64,000 bases of DNA, from NCBI RefSeq assembly GCF_009914755.1, contig NC_060933.1; one strand, 5' to 3'. This DNA is from the human T2T-CHM13v2.0 reference genome, Homo sapiens. Of this stretch, positions 12,548 to 25,914 are shown piece after piece (positions within the stretch are counted from its first letter, which is position 1; each line of letters opens with the position of its first letter). The notes beneath the pieces were generated by a model. That model was not told where the DNA came from, did no database searches, and saw only the letters and a program-made list of their open reading frames with translations. The translations under genes and the position numbers were made by a program.

Positions 12548-13843
12548 CCTCCCTACATCACCTGTTTCCTGGAGCATTCCCTGACCTTTCACCTTTGAGT
12601 TCCCCCGACAGGGCCTATCTACCACAAAGAAAATTCTAAACATTGACTTATTTCTTAAGGTTCCTCAAACTCCAGGAAAGTCTTCTCTAGTATTGCTAAT
12701 TTCCCTTCTTTTTCTGTTCATTTTCTCAGAGTAACATAAATTTCCCCAAAGCCATGTGTTGTGTATGGGTCTCCATGGCCAATATCAGGTCAAGGCTCCT
12801 TCCATGTCCACCTGGGTCAATAATTAATTTATTCATTCATCTCCATTTTCATTCATTTTTTAAATTCCCCCCTGGTCTCAGCCTTTCCTTCAACTATTTC
12901 ACCACTCATTAATCACTTCACTAATCCATTCATAGAATCAATCATTTACACACTTATTATCTACATATTAATTATATATTCATGTTTATGTATCAATCTG
13001 CTGAGTAGTTTATTTGATTTTCATTCACACATCAATTCTCTCATCACACATTCATTCACTCACACACTCATTCATTCATTGAACAACTACAACAGTCACT
13101 GGGTGCTCACTCTGTCAGAATCTAACTTGAGTACTGATTCTAGAAGATATAATCTCTGCTCTTGAGAAATTCACAAACCAGCCAAGAGGACAAAGAAGCA
13201 AACGGTAGAATACCAAATTCTGTGTGGCCAGGGTGGAGCAGAAGAGAACAGGAGGTTGAAAAGAAAAATAAGTAATAATAACTGCACACCTACTGTGTGC
13301 TCACTGCTTCATATGCATTATCTGATTTAAATGCACCTTTCTCTTTAATAGGTAATGAAACCAAATTTGCTCACTGAATGGACTTAGCTGAAATCTAAGT
13401 CTAGGCGTTCTCATTCTGCTCCCCATGCTCTTAACCACTCTGCTGTATTCACCGTAATATAATCAGCGACCTTGGTTTAGGATTAGCATTTCTGGGGAAC
13501 AGTGTGGGAGCAATCAAATTTGAAAGGTTTGAGAAGCAATTGGAAAGTGAGGAAGTGAAGACAGTAAGTTTCTATCACGCAGTTTGTCCTTCCAGGGGAG
13601 AAGAGAGAAGGCTGTAACTGAAGGGGGCTTAGGATTGAGCACCAGACAGCAGAAGAACCTCATGACCCTGGGCAAGCGTATCTATCATAGTAGCTTTCCT
13701 CATTCTTTTCCGTTAGTTCTCTTCATTTCCATTGCCCCCTACACAACCAAGAGCTATTTTATTTACTTTTGTATATACTAGGACTTAGAATAGGGCCTGT
13801 CATAGCATAGTTGATAAATTAATATACATGAATGAGTGAATGA

Positions 13844-14155
<312 letters not shown>

Positions 14156-15992
14156 ATGTCAAATTCTTTAAAATGGATTCACACATTGCCTAGAGTTCTA
14201 TTTTGCAGAAAGGAGGAAGAAGTAGGTCAGCTGACTGGAGCTTTCTACAAAACAGCCCATGGAACAGGCCTTGTCTTGGAAAGATGGTGATGCAGACAGA
14301 GTGACTATGATAACCAAAAAATAAACTAAATCAACATTGACAAGGAAAATGTAAATTCAGAAACAGGGAAAAACTGAATTCAAGCGCTAGTGGTGGACAG
14401 GACCAAAGTTGAGGACACAAGTAGGCATATAGGATGTTCTTAAAGCAGACAGGAAATTGGCCCTAGAAAACTCAGACCTGGGGGGCAAATGTCACATGCC
14501 TATATCATTTGGATGTTTGCACAATTTCCTGGCAATTTGTGTCGGTCCACAAGCCCAGCAGAGAAAAGTCTTACGGGTGTGGAGAAAATGAAGGTTTTAG
14601 CTTCAGTGGGGTGGGTTTAATTAGAACTGTTATTAGTCTGTTGTGCAAAAAGCTCATTAGAAACTCACTGGGGCTCTCAAAAGTGTTGGACATTTTTTTA
14701 TAATTACATTTCTTCTGATTCCTCCATGGGTTTCTTGATGCAGTCTGAGCATTGGATCTATTAAAGGTGTGTAGGGAAGAATGACTTCCGGTTAACTTGT
14801 CATTTCAGTCCAGGGCCAGATACCTGCAGTTCTTGCCCCACATATTGTTGAAAAGAAGAAAGGAATCTGAAAGCTGGTGAACTGTAGCAGGTTCTTTGAC
14901 ATGTGTTATTTTATATCACAACAAGCAGAGGAACTGGATGTTCAGATACCTCAAGCAGCTTTCACAAATTTACACAGCTAGTTAGTGGCAGCATCAGCAT
15001 TCAAACCCCAGTTGGTCTAACTCCAAAACCCATACTCTTTCCAGAGCCCCATGCTGCCTCCGACAGTGAGACTTCTTTTGTAAGAGAAAAGATTTCTCAC
15101 TTCAGTTTGGCAACTACAGTTTGGGGAAGGGAGAGAAAGTGTGGGCAGGGTAGCAAAGGGAGAGAGGAAAAAACCATACCATGCCAGTTTCAGACGCAAA
15201 GATCACTCTCTAGCTGTCAGTGGAGCCCACAATCACTGTGGAGTTTTATTAAAAAGCAAGAGTTGTAGAAGAATGAAGCGACAGATTTAAAATTAACTTG
15301 CCAAACTCCCCATCAATATTATGACAGTCCCCAAGTACCAGTTCAGCGACCCAGTGCACCAACTTGACAATATTAACATAACTTTGTTGGAACAAAAGCT
15401 TCTCGAACTCTGTCTTTTCAAGTGAAGCTAATTTTGAGGAGACAGCCATTCTTCTTTCTGCCTTTTTTGGCACCTCTGTGACAGGTCCCCCTGGCCCAAC
15501 CTAAGAGTGCATGTTTTATAAACTTCTATTATCCTTTCACCTCCCTGGGGACTGCCACCCACTCTGGATGCTTAAGTCAAGTAGAGCAGTACTTCTTCCA
15601 CTTAGGGACGTACTGAATGAATGAAGGCTGGGAAAGAGATCTGCATACTTGCCACTTTCTGAACACTGACTTGGGTTCCCTTTGGTCTTTATATTTGGAA
15701 TGAAGATCCGTGATGGCTAACCCAACCAAAATTCACATTTAGGGCAATGTGCTCTCTGTACCAGCTTTTATAAGCTAACTGCAGTCTGATTCCCTCTTTT
15801 TCTTCACCTAACAATCTCTTACTTACCCTTCACATCTCAGCTTAGACATTAATTTCATCTACCTGGAGTCCTACACCCCATGTGGGCTTGCCCTGGTAGC
15901 ACTCTGACTTTCATACCTAACACTGCACGGGTCAGTTTATCGAATTTCACTCACTAAGTATCTTTCTTTTGTTAGTGTATGAGTTCAGTAGG

Positions 15993-16121
15993 TAGAGTGA
16001 CTACATAATTTATCATGTGATCCAGGGGACTTTTGTCTAGGATATACGCTAAACTGGAGAGGACTTTGGACAACAGTCAAACTAGACTGTCCTAGTAAAA
16101 CTAGGATATATGAGCACCCTC
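15993..16121 (+). mobile_element. MER81-like hAT-Blackjack MITE
   Basis: Terminal inverted repeats tagagtgac...gagcaccctc, with internal actagactgtcc/actagga motifs. Confidence 0.7.
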
Positions 16122-16281
16122 CACAGATGGGCATATATCGCAACTGTCAGGCTTTCTGCGTCTCTATCACCTCGAACAGTGGTTAAAATTTTAGTCAGTG
16201 TAGCATATTTTTTGAATGAATGAATGTATAAAACAGTTCCTTTTTTTTTTAAACAAGTCTCACAGGCAAACTCATAAAATC

Positions 16282-16410
16282 TTTCCTTCCTTCCTTCCTT
16301 CCTTCCTTCCTTCCTTCCTCCCTCCCTCCCTCCCTCTCTCCCTCTATCTCTCTTTCCCTCCCTCCCTCCCTCTCTCTCTCCTTGTCATTCTTCCCTCCTT
16401 TCAACCTTCT
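16282..16410 (+). repeat. (CCTT)n/(CCCT)n polypyrimidine microsatellite
   Basis: Seen directly. Confidence 0.95.
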
Positions 16411-17667
16411 ATCTTGTTAACGACCTACCACGCACCAAGCCCTGTTCACTCTAATTACTGGGCATACAAATAAACATGGCTCTGTCTTGGGAGTGAGAAG
16501 GAGAAACAATTAGCATGTAGTGAGCATCTACTATGCATCTGTTGCTTTAAACATTGTATATTATTAATATATATCCAACTATTCAGTGAGGTAGTTAATA
16601 TGTTCACCTAGACAATGAAGCATAGAGACAGGTCAGGTGACTTGGCCAAGGTCACACAGCTAATAGCAGCAGAGGTTGAATTCAATTTCAGGTCTGCCAG
16701 AGTACAAAGCTGTGGTCTCATCTCTAAACTAAGCTACTGCCTAAACTGTGTAGAAGGAAGGCGAAATATAGGGCAGTACAGGGTGTAAAGAGCTATGGGC
16801 TGAGGAGGTTCCTAATACATGAGCACAGAAGCTTCTCTAACCCACAAAATCTTATGCTCTTTATCGATGGACATAAGAAAAATCCATCTCTAACTTACAG
16901 CTACCATTTGTTGAGAACTTAGTTGTATAGATACTTTGCTAGGTCTTGGAAATTTATAATAATGAAGAGTCAAGAGTCAAGTTAAGCAGGGGAGGTAAAT
17001 ATCAAATAATAATACAAATATTAATTTTATTTTTCACAGGTATTTCAGAGAAAAAAATAGTATGAGGACCATATAGTATGAGACACAGTATTTTTTAATC
17101 ACTATTTTCACAGATAAGAAAAATGAAGCTTGAATGGATAAATGGATCAAGACTGCACTCTACAGAGCTAGGATTTGAACCCACATCTACTTAGCTCCGA
17201 AGTCTGTATTGTGTTTACTTCCCCACTTTTCTCCTGAACAATTCAATCATAACACCCCTAATGAAACAGAGCAAATCCTTCACCACTACTTTTCATGCTC
17301 TTTAAACCTCAAAGTTTTTACATGCAGAACAGATATAACACTGGCTCTTCTCTGTAAGCTTGTTGTGGCAATTAAAGAAAAGACAGCACTTGAAGCACCT
17401 TGCAGAGTGCCTGGTCCACAGACATGTTCAGTAAATAGCAAATATTGTCATCATTAATATTATTAGACAGTATTGAATTATTGACTAAGGTCATGTGGTG
17501 CTCCATCACACACGCAATGTCCTGTGTTGTTAGTTAACTTTAACATGGGCATGTTTTCATGGCATTCTCCCATTCCCCTATTGTCCCCACCTTTGAGTCC
17601 CTCAGCCTAGCACTGTGATATGAATGGAGCAGAATGTGTGACCAACCAAGTGTTAAAAGAGGAGAGA

Positions 17668-17970
<303 letters not shown>

Positions 17971-18179
17971 TAAGAGGAGCAAGAAATGGATATTTGAATA
18001 TGGATTTGGAGCCAGACTGTCTGGATTCCAATCCTGTCTCCATCCTTTACCAGCCAAATGACAATGAGAAAATTATTCAGTCTCTTAACAATTCAGTGTC
18101 ATCATCTGTTAAAAAATAAGGGAGGGGAAAAGGTTGACAGCTCCTCTAGGTGTCTGTAGAACTGAATGCGTTTGGACAG

Positions 18180-19490
18180 TGAAGCTGCTGCCTGGGTCTC
18201 TTCTTGTGTCACTGGGAGCTCATCCTCAGTCTCCTTTGCTGGTGGCTCTTCACCTCTCCGATGTTAAACTGCAGGACTCAGGGCTCAGGCTCCTCTCTTC
18301 TCTATCTACTCCCTAGTGAGTTTGTGTCCTCTCATTTCTTTTCTGTCATCTACATGCTAAATAATCTGAAATGTACATTTCAAGTCATGTTTCTCTTCTG
18401 AACTGGTATATCCTACTGGCTTCCTGACATCACCATAAGAATATATATTAGACATGGCCAGATGATGGCTATTGACGCCGGATGATGAGTGCCTGGGGTT
18501 CCATCACACTATGGTCTACTTGTATAAATGATTGCAATGTTTCACAATCAAGTTCATCTTTTAACATTATCAAAAACAAATTTCTCTTTCTATTCCCCTC
18601 CCTTGTGCCTGCTCCTCCTGTGGGCTTTCCTGTCTCCATCAATGGCACATCCGTCTGTCCAACTGCTCAGGCAAAATTCAGGGCACTAACCTTGCCTCCC
18701 TCCTTTCTCTCCCTCATCAGTAAATCTAGTTGTCCCACCTTCAGAATACATACAGAATCTGCCCACCTCTCTCCATGCTGACTTGTCTGAACATGCTCCA
18801 ATCCACAGTCGTCTGACATCTGGACCACAGAAGTAGCCTGGGAACTGCTTTCCCTGATTTCACCCTGCCCACTAACGTCTATTCTTCACACCCCAGTCAG
18901 ATTATAGACCTTTTCTGCTCAAATAATGCACTAGCTTGGTTTCCTTCTCACTCAGAGTAAAATTCAAGCTACTGCATTTAGGAGTCCCACAGGACCCTAT
19001 ACAAAATGGCCCATACTTCCCCAGTTGGTACCCATTGCCTCTTTATTTGTAACCTTTTTTCCTACTACTTGCCCCGCCTCCTTCCCCTCTGTTCTATCCA
19101 CCGAGGCTCCTTTTGGTCCACAGAAAATGCCAAGGGTCTTTGAACTCGGTGTGCCTTCTACCTGGAAGCTGTTCCCCAGATATGTGCATAGTTCACTGCC
19201 TTGTTTCAGATCTTTATACAAACGTCACCTTGTCAAGTAAGTCTTCCAGCCTGTAAAACATAGAATCCCCTGCCTAAAACCCTCTAGTACCCTTAACTCA
19301 ACCTGCTTTTCTCCACAGTGTATGTACCTGACAGGGTGTATATTTATTTGTTGATTGTCCCCTACACTAGAATATAAACCTTCAGAGCAGGGGTTTTTAT
19401 ATATTTTGTTCACTATTGTCTTCCTGGTTTCCTAGAACAGTCAGTGTCATAGAATAAGTGCTCAAAAAATATTTTTGATAGAGTGAAGAT
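18180..19490 (+). mobile_element. L2 LINE 3' region, with a short old L1M 3' fragment at about 18450-18545
   Basis: L2 motifs (ctccatcaatggcac, ctagaatataaacc, aataagtgctcaaaaaatattt end). Confidence 0.8.
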
Positions 19491-19759
19491 ACAATAGTGT
19501 CTGGTGCAGTGTGTCATTGTTATCTGGTTACTCTTATTACTACAATCACTACTGTTACTTGTTACTCTTGTTACTACAATCACTACTACCTAAATACTGG
19601 AGAGATACCCAAGAAACTAATAAAAATGGGGGATAGGGGAAAAGGATAGAAAAAAAACTGAGAAAGGAGTGACATTCCTCATTGAATGTCTTTTATACTG
19701 TTTGTGTTTTTAAACTTTGTAACTTTAATGCCTGTAAAGAAATCAGTTTAAAAATATGC

Positions 19760-20158
19760 TGATATGGTTTGGCTGTGTCCCCACTGAAATCTCATCTTGA
19801 ATTGTGGTTCCCATTATCTCCATGGGTCCTGGGAGAGACCAGGTGAAGATAATTGAGTCATGGGTCCTGGGAGAGACCAGGTGAAGATAATTGAGTCATG
19901 GGGGCCATTTCCCCCATCCTGTTCTCATAATAGTCAGTCAGTTCTAAAGAGAGCTGGTGGTTTTAAAAGGGGCTTCCCCTTTCACTGGACACTCATTCTC
20001 TTTCCTGCTGCCCTGTGAAGACGTAGCTTCCGCCATGACTGTAAGTTTCTTAAGGCCTCCCCAGCCATGGGGAACTGTGAGTCCATTAAACCTCTTTCCT
20101 TTACAAAATACCCAGTCTTGGGTATGTCCTTACAGTAGCATGAGAATGAACTAATACA
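19760..20158 (+). mobile_element. THE1 MaLR solo LTR with an internal 38-bp tandem duplication
   Basis: tgatatggtttggctgtgtcccc...ctaataca; perfect TSD TATGC at 19755-19759 and 20159-20163. Confidence 0.95.
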
Positions 20159-20167
20159 TATGCCTAC

Positions 20168-21025
20168 CAAACTGTCGCAGCCAAGCGGAGCTAAGGAGAT
20201 GGACAACTCAGTGTGAGATGGTGACCAAGATGCTCTTAAGCTTCCCATCAGCTTGACTAAACACCAGGCAGGCTTCTCCAGTCTCTAGATCCCTGACCTG
20301 CCTTTTCTTAAAGCATTTACTTTAGAAACTTGCAATTGTAAATTCTTTCTCTGCCCCTTTAAGACATAAATCTTTTATAAAGTTTCTTGCCAGTTTTACA
20401 ATCTAGGACTGTCTTTCTCAAGGACGTGGGAGCTATTTCTTTGAAATGTAATCATCAAGGAAGACAGTACCCCTATCTCTTAGTCTTTGTGGAAGGGTGG
20501 AAGCCCAACTTCCATGGACACCAATTAGCAAACACAGATGGCCTAATCACAGAGAAATACATTTGCAAAGTCAAGAATAACTCAATGTGCTGGACATATC
20601 CTATTGTTCAATCTCCTAATGTCCTCCAGTACTTTTCCACTTACTCCAGCAATTAAAAACCCTCCTGTCCTTTTCAGTTTCAGTGAAATTGAGTTCAGAC
20701 CTCTCTCCTTCCTCTATTGCAATAGCCTTGAATAAAGTCTTTCTTGCCTGTTTAACATCATCCAGTGTCATTTTGCTTTGATGTCTGTATGCTGAATGGG
20801 CTCCTGTATCAGAAAAAGGACATCAGATAAAAACTAAGGAAATCTGAATAAAGTATGAACTTTAGGTAATAATAATGTATCAATATTGATTTATTAATTA
20901 TAACAAATGTACCATAAAAATATAAGAGGATGCTATGGGAAACTGATTGCAGGGTATATGGAAACTCTCTGTACTATCTTTGTGGTTTATCTATAAATCT
21001 AAAACTGTTTAAAATAAAAAAATAT
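20168..21025 (+). mobile_element. L1MC-type 3' end interrupted by an ERV1 LTR
   Basis: aaactgtcgcagccaag...ctaaggaga [LTR] cagaaaaaggacatc...ggaaatctgaataaagtatg...ggtatatggaaactctctgtactatc. Confidence 0.8.
20212..20785 (+). mobile_element. ERV1-class solo LTR (MER31/MER67-like)
   Basis: agcttgactaaac...agcatttactttagaaacttgcaattgtaaattctttctctgcccc...tttgaaatgtaatcatcaag...aataaagtct. Confidence 0.75.
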
Positions 21026-21043
21026 ATTTTTAAAATCCTATCT

Positions 21044-21500
21044 GAACCTGGAGGACATCATGCTAAGTGAAATAAGCCAAACACAGAAAGACAAATACTG
21101 CATGTTCTCACTTGTATGTGGAATCTAAAAAGTCAAACTCGTATTAGAGAGTAGAATGGTGGTTATCAGAGGCAGGGGGTGGGAAGAAGATGAGGAATTG
21201 CGGGGAGATGAAGAATAGGGAGAGATTGGTCAAAGGGTACAATGTTTCGATTAGACAGGAGGAGCAAGTTTTAGTCCATTGCTCAGTGTGGTGACCATCG
21301 TTAATAATGGATTATATATTTCAAAAATTTGCTTTGAAAAGTTTTTTAATATTCTCATCACAAAAAGTATGTGAGATGATGAACATGTTTATTAGCTTGA
21401 TTTAATCATTCCACAGTGAGCACATATGTCAAAACATCACATTCTATCTCATAAATATATAGAAGTAGTATTTGTACATTAAAATATATATTAAAAATAA
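21044..21500 (+). mobile_element. 5'-truncated L1MA-type 3' end
   Basis: gaacctggaggacatcatgctaagtgaaataagcc...gacaaatactgcatg; cctatctga repeated at 21037 and 21502 (candidate TSD). Confidence 0.85.
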
Positions 21501-22941
21501 CCCTATCTGAGTGGAATACGGAAAAGAACATCCAAGTGTCAGAAAGATCCAGTAAGTAAGGCTCTGACACCAGCTATGTGATGACAGTCAAGTCATCAGA
21601 TCTCTTTGAGACCCAGTTACCTCATTTATAAAATGACACTTGCAAATCCACTAACATCATGCATTCTCAGTAGTCGCAGAAATTGTCTTAGACAATACAA
21701 TGGCTTGTGGTCCTCCAATGTCTAACTCTACCCAATAAAACTGTGACCCTTAGTATTTAATTTCTCTCATTAAGAAGAATTCAATCCTATTTTTTTTCTA
21801 TGACAAGGGGTGACAGTAAAAAACAAGTTTGAACACAGCCTTAGATAATACAAAAAATAAAAAAGTATATTACTTTCCCTTTACACCAACATTAGACCGA
21901 GTTTTGTTCAGCCTGAATCCCCAGAACCTGTCACATAATAAGCTCTTGATGTGTACTGATTGGCTGGAGCACAAAGCTGAAGCAAATTTAATTGCAATTT
22001 AGCTTAATTCTCAAGCTGTGTTTCCACCTTCTTTGCAAATACAGCTGCAAAATGCCTATATGGTCTCTGGGCTTGTTTATTCCCAGTGGCTGGGTCCTCA
22101 CTAACTCCTAAGAAGTAGGGAATTAATCGAAACTTACAGGGATATCCTTTAGAGCAACTTTAGTTCTCTGAACCACGGCATGACAAGTAAGAACAATCAC
22201 TTCATCGTCTTTCTTTCCTCCTACACTAGAAAGCATCAAAAAGAAAGGGAAGCAGCCTCAAGGTCACTGGGAACTCAGTAAAGAATGAAGAGGCTGACTC
22301 AGGGTTTAAGGTTCTTTCAAAGTCCTCAGGCATACAATGAATTAACCAGCCCTGGGCTACTCAAATGCCTGTAGCTTTGACTCCTGGCTTGTGCCTGCTA
22401 ATTAACTGTCCACTTAATGGGCTCCTCTGAGGATCTCAGGCAACATAAAAAAATAAATGCTCATTTTGGACTCTTAAAAGCCACCTTTGAGGTGTTCCAC
22501 TAGATTATCATTAATAGTAATTATTCAGTAGTGATGTTACATAAAACCCCAGCCACTGCCCTTGGAGCTTTCTGTATAAATTCACATCCAATAAACTGTG
22601 ATCATATCTTTCATTAGAACTGTTACTACATACATTTCAATTCAGGGCATCTCTTTGAAATAAAACTATTTCCTTAAAAGTTAATTTTCTTGATACACAT
22701 GTGTGGGCTTATTAATGTGACCTTAGAATAGACTTACTGTTTCATTTATCTGGAAGGAATACAAAGAAAGTAATGCTGGCAAATTTGCATCTCACATGAT
22801 TTCAAGTGTGACAGGACGCACACTACAACACAATTTTGGAGTAAGTGGTATCTCACAGATCCCTGGATTCATGTTGAGGAAAATGTCACTAATACTCCCA
22901 CATCTTTACAAGGCATCTTAACCTGACTTTTCTCTTTCTCT

Positions 22942-23282
<341 letters not shown>

Positions 23283-23697
23283 TAATTCTCCTGTGAGGCA
23301 GGCACTGTTATGTTCCCTGACTTCATGGTGAGAAAACTGAGGCTTAGAAAGGCAATTAGAAGGTGCAAGGTCTTACAGCTAGTAATGGCCCCCTTTGGTG
23401 CTTACATAGCCTTTCCTGTTGGAATGTCCATCCTCCGCCCTGGCTTCCTTACCTCTGCAATCCCATCCCTCCACCCCTTCATGACCCACCTTGACTTTCA
23501 CGTCTGCAGACCCTCTTTGTTCTCATTTGCCTGGAACACTCCCTCACATGCTAACTGTTACTCTAGCCTCCAGGTCTCAGGAAGCACTTCTTCCAGGGAG
23601 TCTTCGCTGCCTCTCACTGAGCAAAATGCACTTGATGAGTAGTCCTTCTGCACAAGAATAGGGACGTCAACTGTCTTCTTCTCTTTATCTCCAGAGA

Positions 23698-23988
23698 TTT
23701 TTTTTTTTTTTTTGAGATGGAGTCTCACTCTGTCACCCAGGCTGGAGTGCAGTGGTGTGATCTCGGCTCACTGCACCTCTGCCTCCCAGGTTCAAGCGAT
23801 TCTCCTGCCTCAGCCTCCCGAGTAGCTGGGATTACAGGCATGCGCCACCACGCTGGGCTAATTCTTGTATTTTTACTAGAGACGGGGTTTCACCATATTG
23901 AAAAGAAAGGAAAAAGAGGAAAGAAAGAAAGAGAAAGAAAGGAAGGAATGAAAGAAAGAAAGAAAGAAAGAAAGAAAAGAAAGAAGGA

Positions 23989-24056
<68 letters not shown>

Positions 24057-24166
24057 AAAGAAAAGAAAGAAAGAAGGAAAGGTCTCAAACTCCTGGCCTC
24101 TAGTGATCCACCTGCCTAGGCCTCCCAAAGTGCTGGGATTACAGGCGTGAGCCACCGCACCCAGCC
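23698..24166 (-). mobile_element. AluS interrupted by a 180-bp (GAAA)n tract
   Basis: Antisense Alu with TSD tatctccagagatt; purine tract at 23901-24080. Confidence 0.93.
23901..24080 (+). repeat. (GAAA)n tetranucleotide microsatellite
   Basis: Seen directly. Confidence 0.97.
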
Positions 24167-24620
24167 CTATCTCCAGAGATTTATAAGACCTGATATATAA
24201 CAGATGTTCAATAAAAACTCGTTAACTCACAAATGAGAACTAGTGGTAAAGCCAGGGCTAGAACTTCTGACCTCAAGTTCATTTCTGTCATCATCTTATT
24301 CCCTCTTATAATTAATAAAACAATAACAGTAACAAATGACTTCTGAGGTGTGATTTCTTTCTTGAGTGAGATACCAATGTGGATTGACCATAATGTAATA
24401 CAGTAAAATTTCAGTACTGTGGACTCCATTAAGAATGCATAATGCCTTGACCAGCAGCTGGGCTGGCTCATACCTTAGAAGTGTTTATTTATAAAAGAGA
24501 TTGCTAAGCACATTAGTGCATTAGCAGTGTAAACAAGATCATGGGGGAAATGGCAGAAGACACTTAAGAGAACAAACTGCCTGGAGTCACTTTGGAAGCA
24601 GCCATTATGAACAAACAATC

Positions 24621-24674
24621 ACTGTGCTAATTACAATTGCTCTGCTAATTACAATTACTGTGCTAATTACAATC
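24621..24674. promoter_or_regulatory. 3 x 18-bp array of TAATTA homeodomain-type sites (candidate enhancer core, MER121-like)
   Basis: actgtgctaattacaatt / gctctgctaattacaatt / actgtgctaattacaatc, preceded by aacaaacaat; function is inferred. Confidence 0.5.
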
Positions 24675-25914
24675 TAACCTTATCTGTTCATAGGTTCCCT
24701 AAGGACTTTTCTTTCTGAGCGTTTAGACCAGCCTGAGTTACGGCCTGCATTTGAGTGTAATGAAATTGCGCTTCTTTAAAAATTGTCTCTGCTTCAGATG
24801 TCTCAGTGATTCAGATAGGCTTTCCCCTTCTAGAAAAAGAACACAGTCAGGGATTTTGAAGCCAGAAATTTAAAACAAAACCAAAAAAGGGGGGAAAGCG
24901 AGCTGTGAAGACAAGCAAAATGGATCTTGTTGATTTTGTTGTTTTAGCACCTCTTGCAGTCTAGAGACACATTTTTAGGTTAGTTGGAGAACATTTGAAA
25001 TATACTCTGTATAATTTGTTTTCTTCATAAAATGACCAGGTTTGGTATATTTAGAGATGTTAACATTGAGAAAATTTTAAAAAATTAAAGTGGCTATTTT
25101 TCTTTCCTCTCTTACCATAAATACGGGGAAAGATTACAGAGGGCTTGTTTAAAAATGGATCCCAATTCCCTGCTCCCCATTAAAAAAATAATAATAATAA
25201 AGAACATCTTTCACTAGATCTTAATTTTACTACTTACTTTCTATCCCCAGTCAAACTAATGGGTGTTGATGCTATGAGATTTTTGTTTCAGCGCTTAAGA
25301 ATAATAAAGCTTCACCCAGGCCAATGTCTTCTCCTAAATGGATTTCTCGCTACTCTTCCAGGAGTTTGTCTTCAACCTTTGACCTGAAGCAGAATGCAGC
25401 CCAGCACTCTGCTGGTAAGTAGCTTTCTGCTGCATCCAATTATGGCTGAAATTGCAGCGTGGGCACATAGAGGAGGCTCTAATCCAGGCACCCAACCGTG
25501 GCTTCAGCACCTGGGACTTAGCAGCCTGCCTTCAATAAGTGCCTTCTCTGTTGGCACTGATCTCTAAGCATCCCTGTGCCCATCAGATAGCAGAGCGGAT
25601 GAACACAAAATAACCTTTGCTACATTATGCACCGGGGGCCTATTGGATTGCAGGAGAGGTCTGTCTCCCCTGGCTGCTGCAAAACTGAAACATATTCTCT
25701 GCACTTGGTCACTCTAGAGAGGATTATACGCAGAAGACTTCTTTAAGATTCCATGGATCTCTAGTGCCATTGGCCTTGGGACTTGGTTCCTGCTTTCAAA
25801 CTGGCAAATGGAGGAACAACAATTCTTCATTCTCAGGCATAACCTAGGCAGCTCGTGTTTCCATCTAGCATTTAAGTTCAGTTTAACACTTTGCTATTCA
25901 AAGCTGTTCCTCTG

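Noticed and set aside
18478-18545. C/D-box snoRNA candidate (ATGATGA)
   Set aside because: No suitably placed CTGA D box or terminal stem; the sequence resembles an old L1M 3' end
23717-24155. KERK-rich and FFLS-rich ORFs
   Set aside because: Alu plus (GAAA)n translation
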